Positions 62,599 through 64,000 of a stretch of DNA of 64,000 nucleotides are shown here, in pieces. A program made the translations under genes and the position numbers. Below the pieces are notes generated by a model. That model saw only the letters and a program-made list of their open reading frames with translations. It searched no databases and was not told where the DNA came from. This DNA is from Nitrosopumilus sp. (GTDB taxonomy: Archaea > Thermoproteota > Nitrososphaeria > Nitrososphaerales > Nitrosopumilaceae): NCBI GenBank assembly GCA_965197525.1, contig OZ240211.1, positions 1,888,001-1,952,000 on the forward strand, written 5' to 3'. Numbering within the stretch: position 1 is the first letter of the stretch; each line of letters starts with the position of its first letter.

Positions 62599-63756
62599 AT
62601 TACTATCAAAAAATCAAGCCACGCAAAAAAGTTCGGAAAGCTGATCTTTGATGATGGCACTGTTATTAATGGGGAAGGTTTTGGCTATTCTACAACCGTT
62701 TTTGGCGAGATTGTATTTAATACTGGTATGGTAGGGTATACTGAAGCCCTAACTGATCCATCATACAATGGCCAAATTCTCACATTAACGTACCCTCTGG
62801 TTGGAAATTATGGGGTACCTGATCCATCCGTCATAGATGATTCCGGTATTCTGGCATTCTTTGAGTCTGACCGAATCCAGGTTCGTGGTCTGGTAGTTCA
62901 CGAACTATCTCTTACTGCAAGTCATTGGAATCTCTCCATGACTCTGGACCAATGGCTCTACCATGAACGAATCCCTGGAATCTCTGGAGTCGATACACGT
63001 CAATTAACAAAGAAACTCAGGACAGGGGGTGTGATGATGGCAGCTCTTGCCGTCTCTGATACGGAGATAGATGTAGATAAAGTAAAGACACAGCTCCAAT
63101 CTGCCACTCATTATGATTCAGAACAATTCATGGATATAGTATCAACAAAGCATGCGCGAACTTTTGGAGATGGCGACAAGTCCGTAGTTGTCATTGACAC
63201 TGGTGCAAAGAATGCAATCTTGCGAAATATTATAGATATTGGTTACAAAGTAATATTACTCCCTTGGAACACTACATATGAGAAGATAATGTCCTTTAAT
63301 CCTCACGGTGTAGTGCTTACTAGTGGTCCAGGCGATCCTCAAAAATGCCCTGATACGATAACTACTGCTAAAAAGTTAATTGAGAATAATGTACCGACTC
63401 TTGGAATATGTCTTGGTGCACAAATTATTGGTATTGCAGGCAACACTGATACATACAAACTAAAGTATGGGCATCGTGGACAAAACAAACCATGTGTAAA
63501 TTTAGAAAATAATCAAGTGTATGTTACTAGTCAGAATCATGGATATGGAATAACACCAGAATCTCTTGCAAAATCTGACTTTAATTTATGGTTTACAAAT
63601 GCAGACGATAAAACAGTTGAGGGAATAAAACACAAGACCCAAAACTGTATTGCAGTCCAGTTTCATCCAGAAGCTGCACCAGGTCCTTATGACTGCAAAT
63701 TCGTCTTTGAAGAGCTAAAACATCTTATGGAGGAAAAAGCAACTGCCAAAGAATGA
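62599..63756 (+). CDS. carA: carbamoyl-phosphate synthase small subunit; true start upstream of the ATG at 62728, probably non-canonical
   Basis: In-frame GKLIFDDGT...GEIVFNTGMVGYTEALTDPSY, GICLG, SQNHGY and QFHPEA motifs. Confidence 0.93.
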   Translation: MTIKKSSHAKKFGKLIFDDGTVINGEGFGYSTTVFGEIVFNTGMVGYTEALTDPSYNGQILTLTYPLVGNYGVPDPSVIDDSGILAFFESDRIQVRGLVVHELSLTASHWNLSMTLDQWLYHERIPGISGVDTRQLTKKLRTGGVMMAALAVSDTEIDVDKVKTQLQSATHYDSEQFMDIVSTKHARTFGDGDKSVVVIDTGAKNAILRNIIDIGYKVILLPWNTTYEKIMSFNPHGVVLTSGPGDPQKCPDTITTAKKLIENNVPTLGICLGAQIIGIAGNTDTYKLKYGHRGQNKPCVNLENNQVYVTSQNHGYGITPESLAKSDFNLWFTNADDKTVEGIKHKTQNCIAVQFHPEAAPGPYDCKFVFEELKHLMEEKATAKE

Positions 63757-64000
63757 GTCGTTAAAAAAGATTCTTGTACTTGGAAGTGGGGCCATTAAAA
63801 TCGGAGAAGCCGGCGAAAGTCGCTAAAACGACCGTCAATTTGACTACTCCGGAAGTCAATGCCTCAAGGCAATACACGAGGATGGACTGAACAGTGTTTT
63901 AATCAACCCAAATATTGCCACAATCCAGACTGATACTAGGTTTGCAGATCAAGTGTATCTTCTGCCTGTAAATGCAGAGTATGTAGAGTCAATTATCGAA
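63743..64000 (+). CDS. carB: carbamoyl-phosphate synthase large subunit, 5' part, interrupted by a 21-nt insertion with an in-frame TAA
   Basis: (CTG)PKNESLKKILVLGSGAIKIGEAGE|FDYSGSQCLKAIHEDG...LINPNIATIQTD; absent from the ORF track. Confidence 0.92.
63818..63838 (+). other. candidate bulge-helix-bulge mRNA intron in carB
   Basis: GGCG/CGTC central helix, AAA and AAT bulges, GTCG/CGAC intron stem; removal restores GGC GAA TTT GAC TAC. Confidence 0.8.

Overview
Archaeal genomic DNA, most likely an ammonia-oxidising Nitrosopumilaceae (Nitrososphaerota/Thaumarchaeota) genome. This rests on gene content recognised by eye: a transketolase-N/RPE fusion operon, a malonic-semialdehyde-reductase-like Fe-ADH, cdvB-like and cdvC genes, and F420-dependent enzymes. 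The core backbone includes tkt-tal, dps, ileS, purD, folD, purN, uvrBAC, citrate synthase, pepF, a TrmB regulator, cdvC and carAB. Three accessory patches interrupt it. (1) 4.7-8.4 kb: a six-copy palindromic 16-bp array in front of two P-loop ATPase genes, the first with an in-frame TGA. (2) 27.5-40.8 kb: three complete IS elements (IS5-, IS481- and ISH3-type), a ~6-kb BspA/Ig/P-domain surface-protein gene that is frameshifted and truncated, and a type IV AbiE toxin-antitoxin locus disabled three ways. (3) 52.7-55.0 kb: a Panacea-like antitoxin plus RelE-like toxin cassette between 269-bp direct repeats. The top finding is a 21-nt, stop-containing insertion in carB that folds into an archaeal bulge-helix-bulge splice motif. 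Its predicted excision exactly restores the conserved GEFDYSG motif, making it a candidate mRNA intron outside cbf5. A tRNA-Arg(UCU) with a long variable arm and probable non-canonical starts for carA and carB are also notable. No searches or computations were run; family calls come from motif recognition, and novelty could not be checked against the literature.
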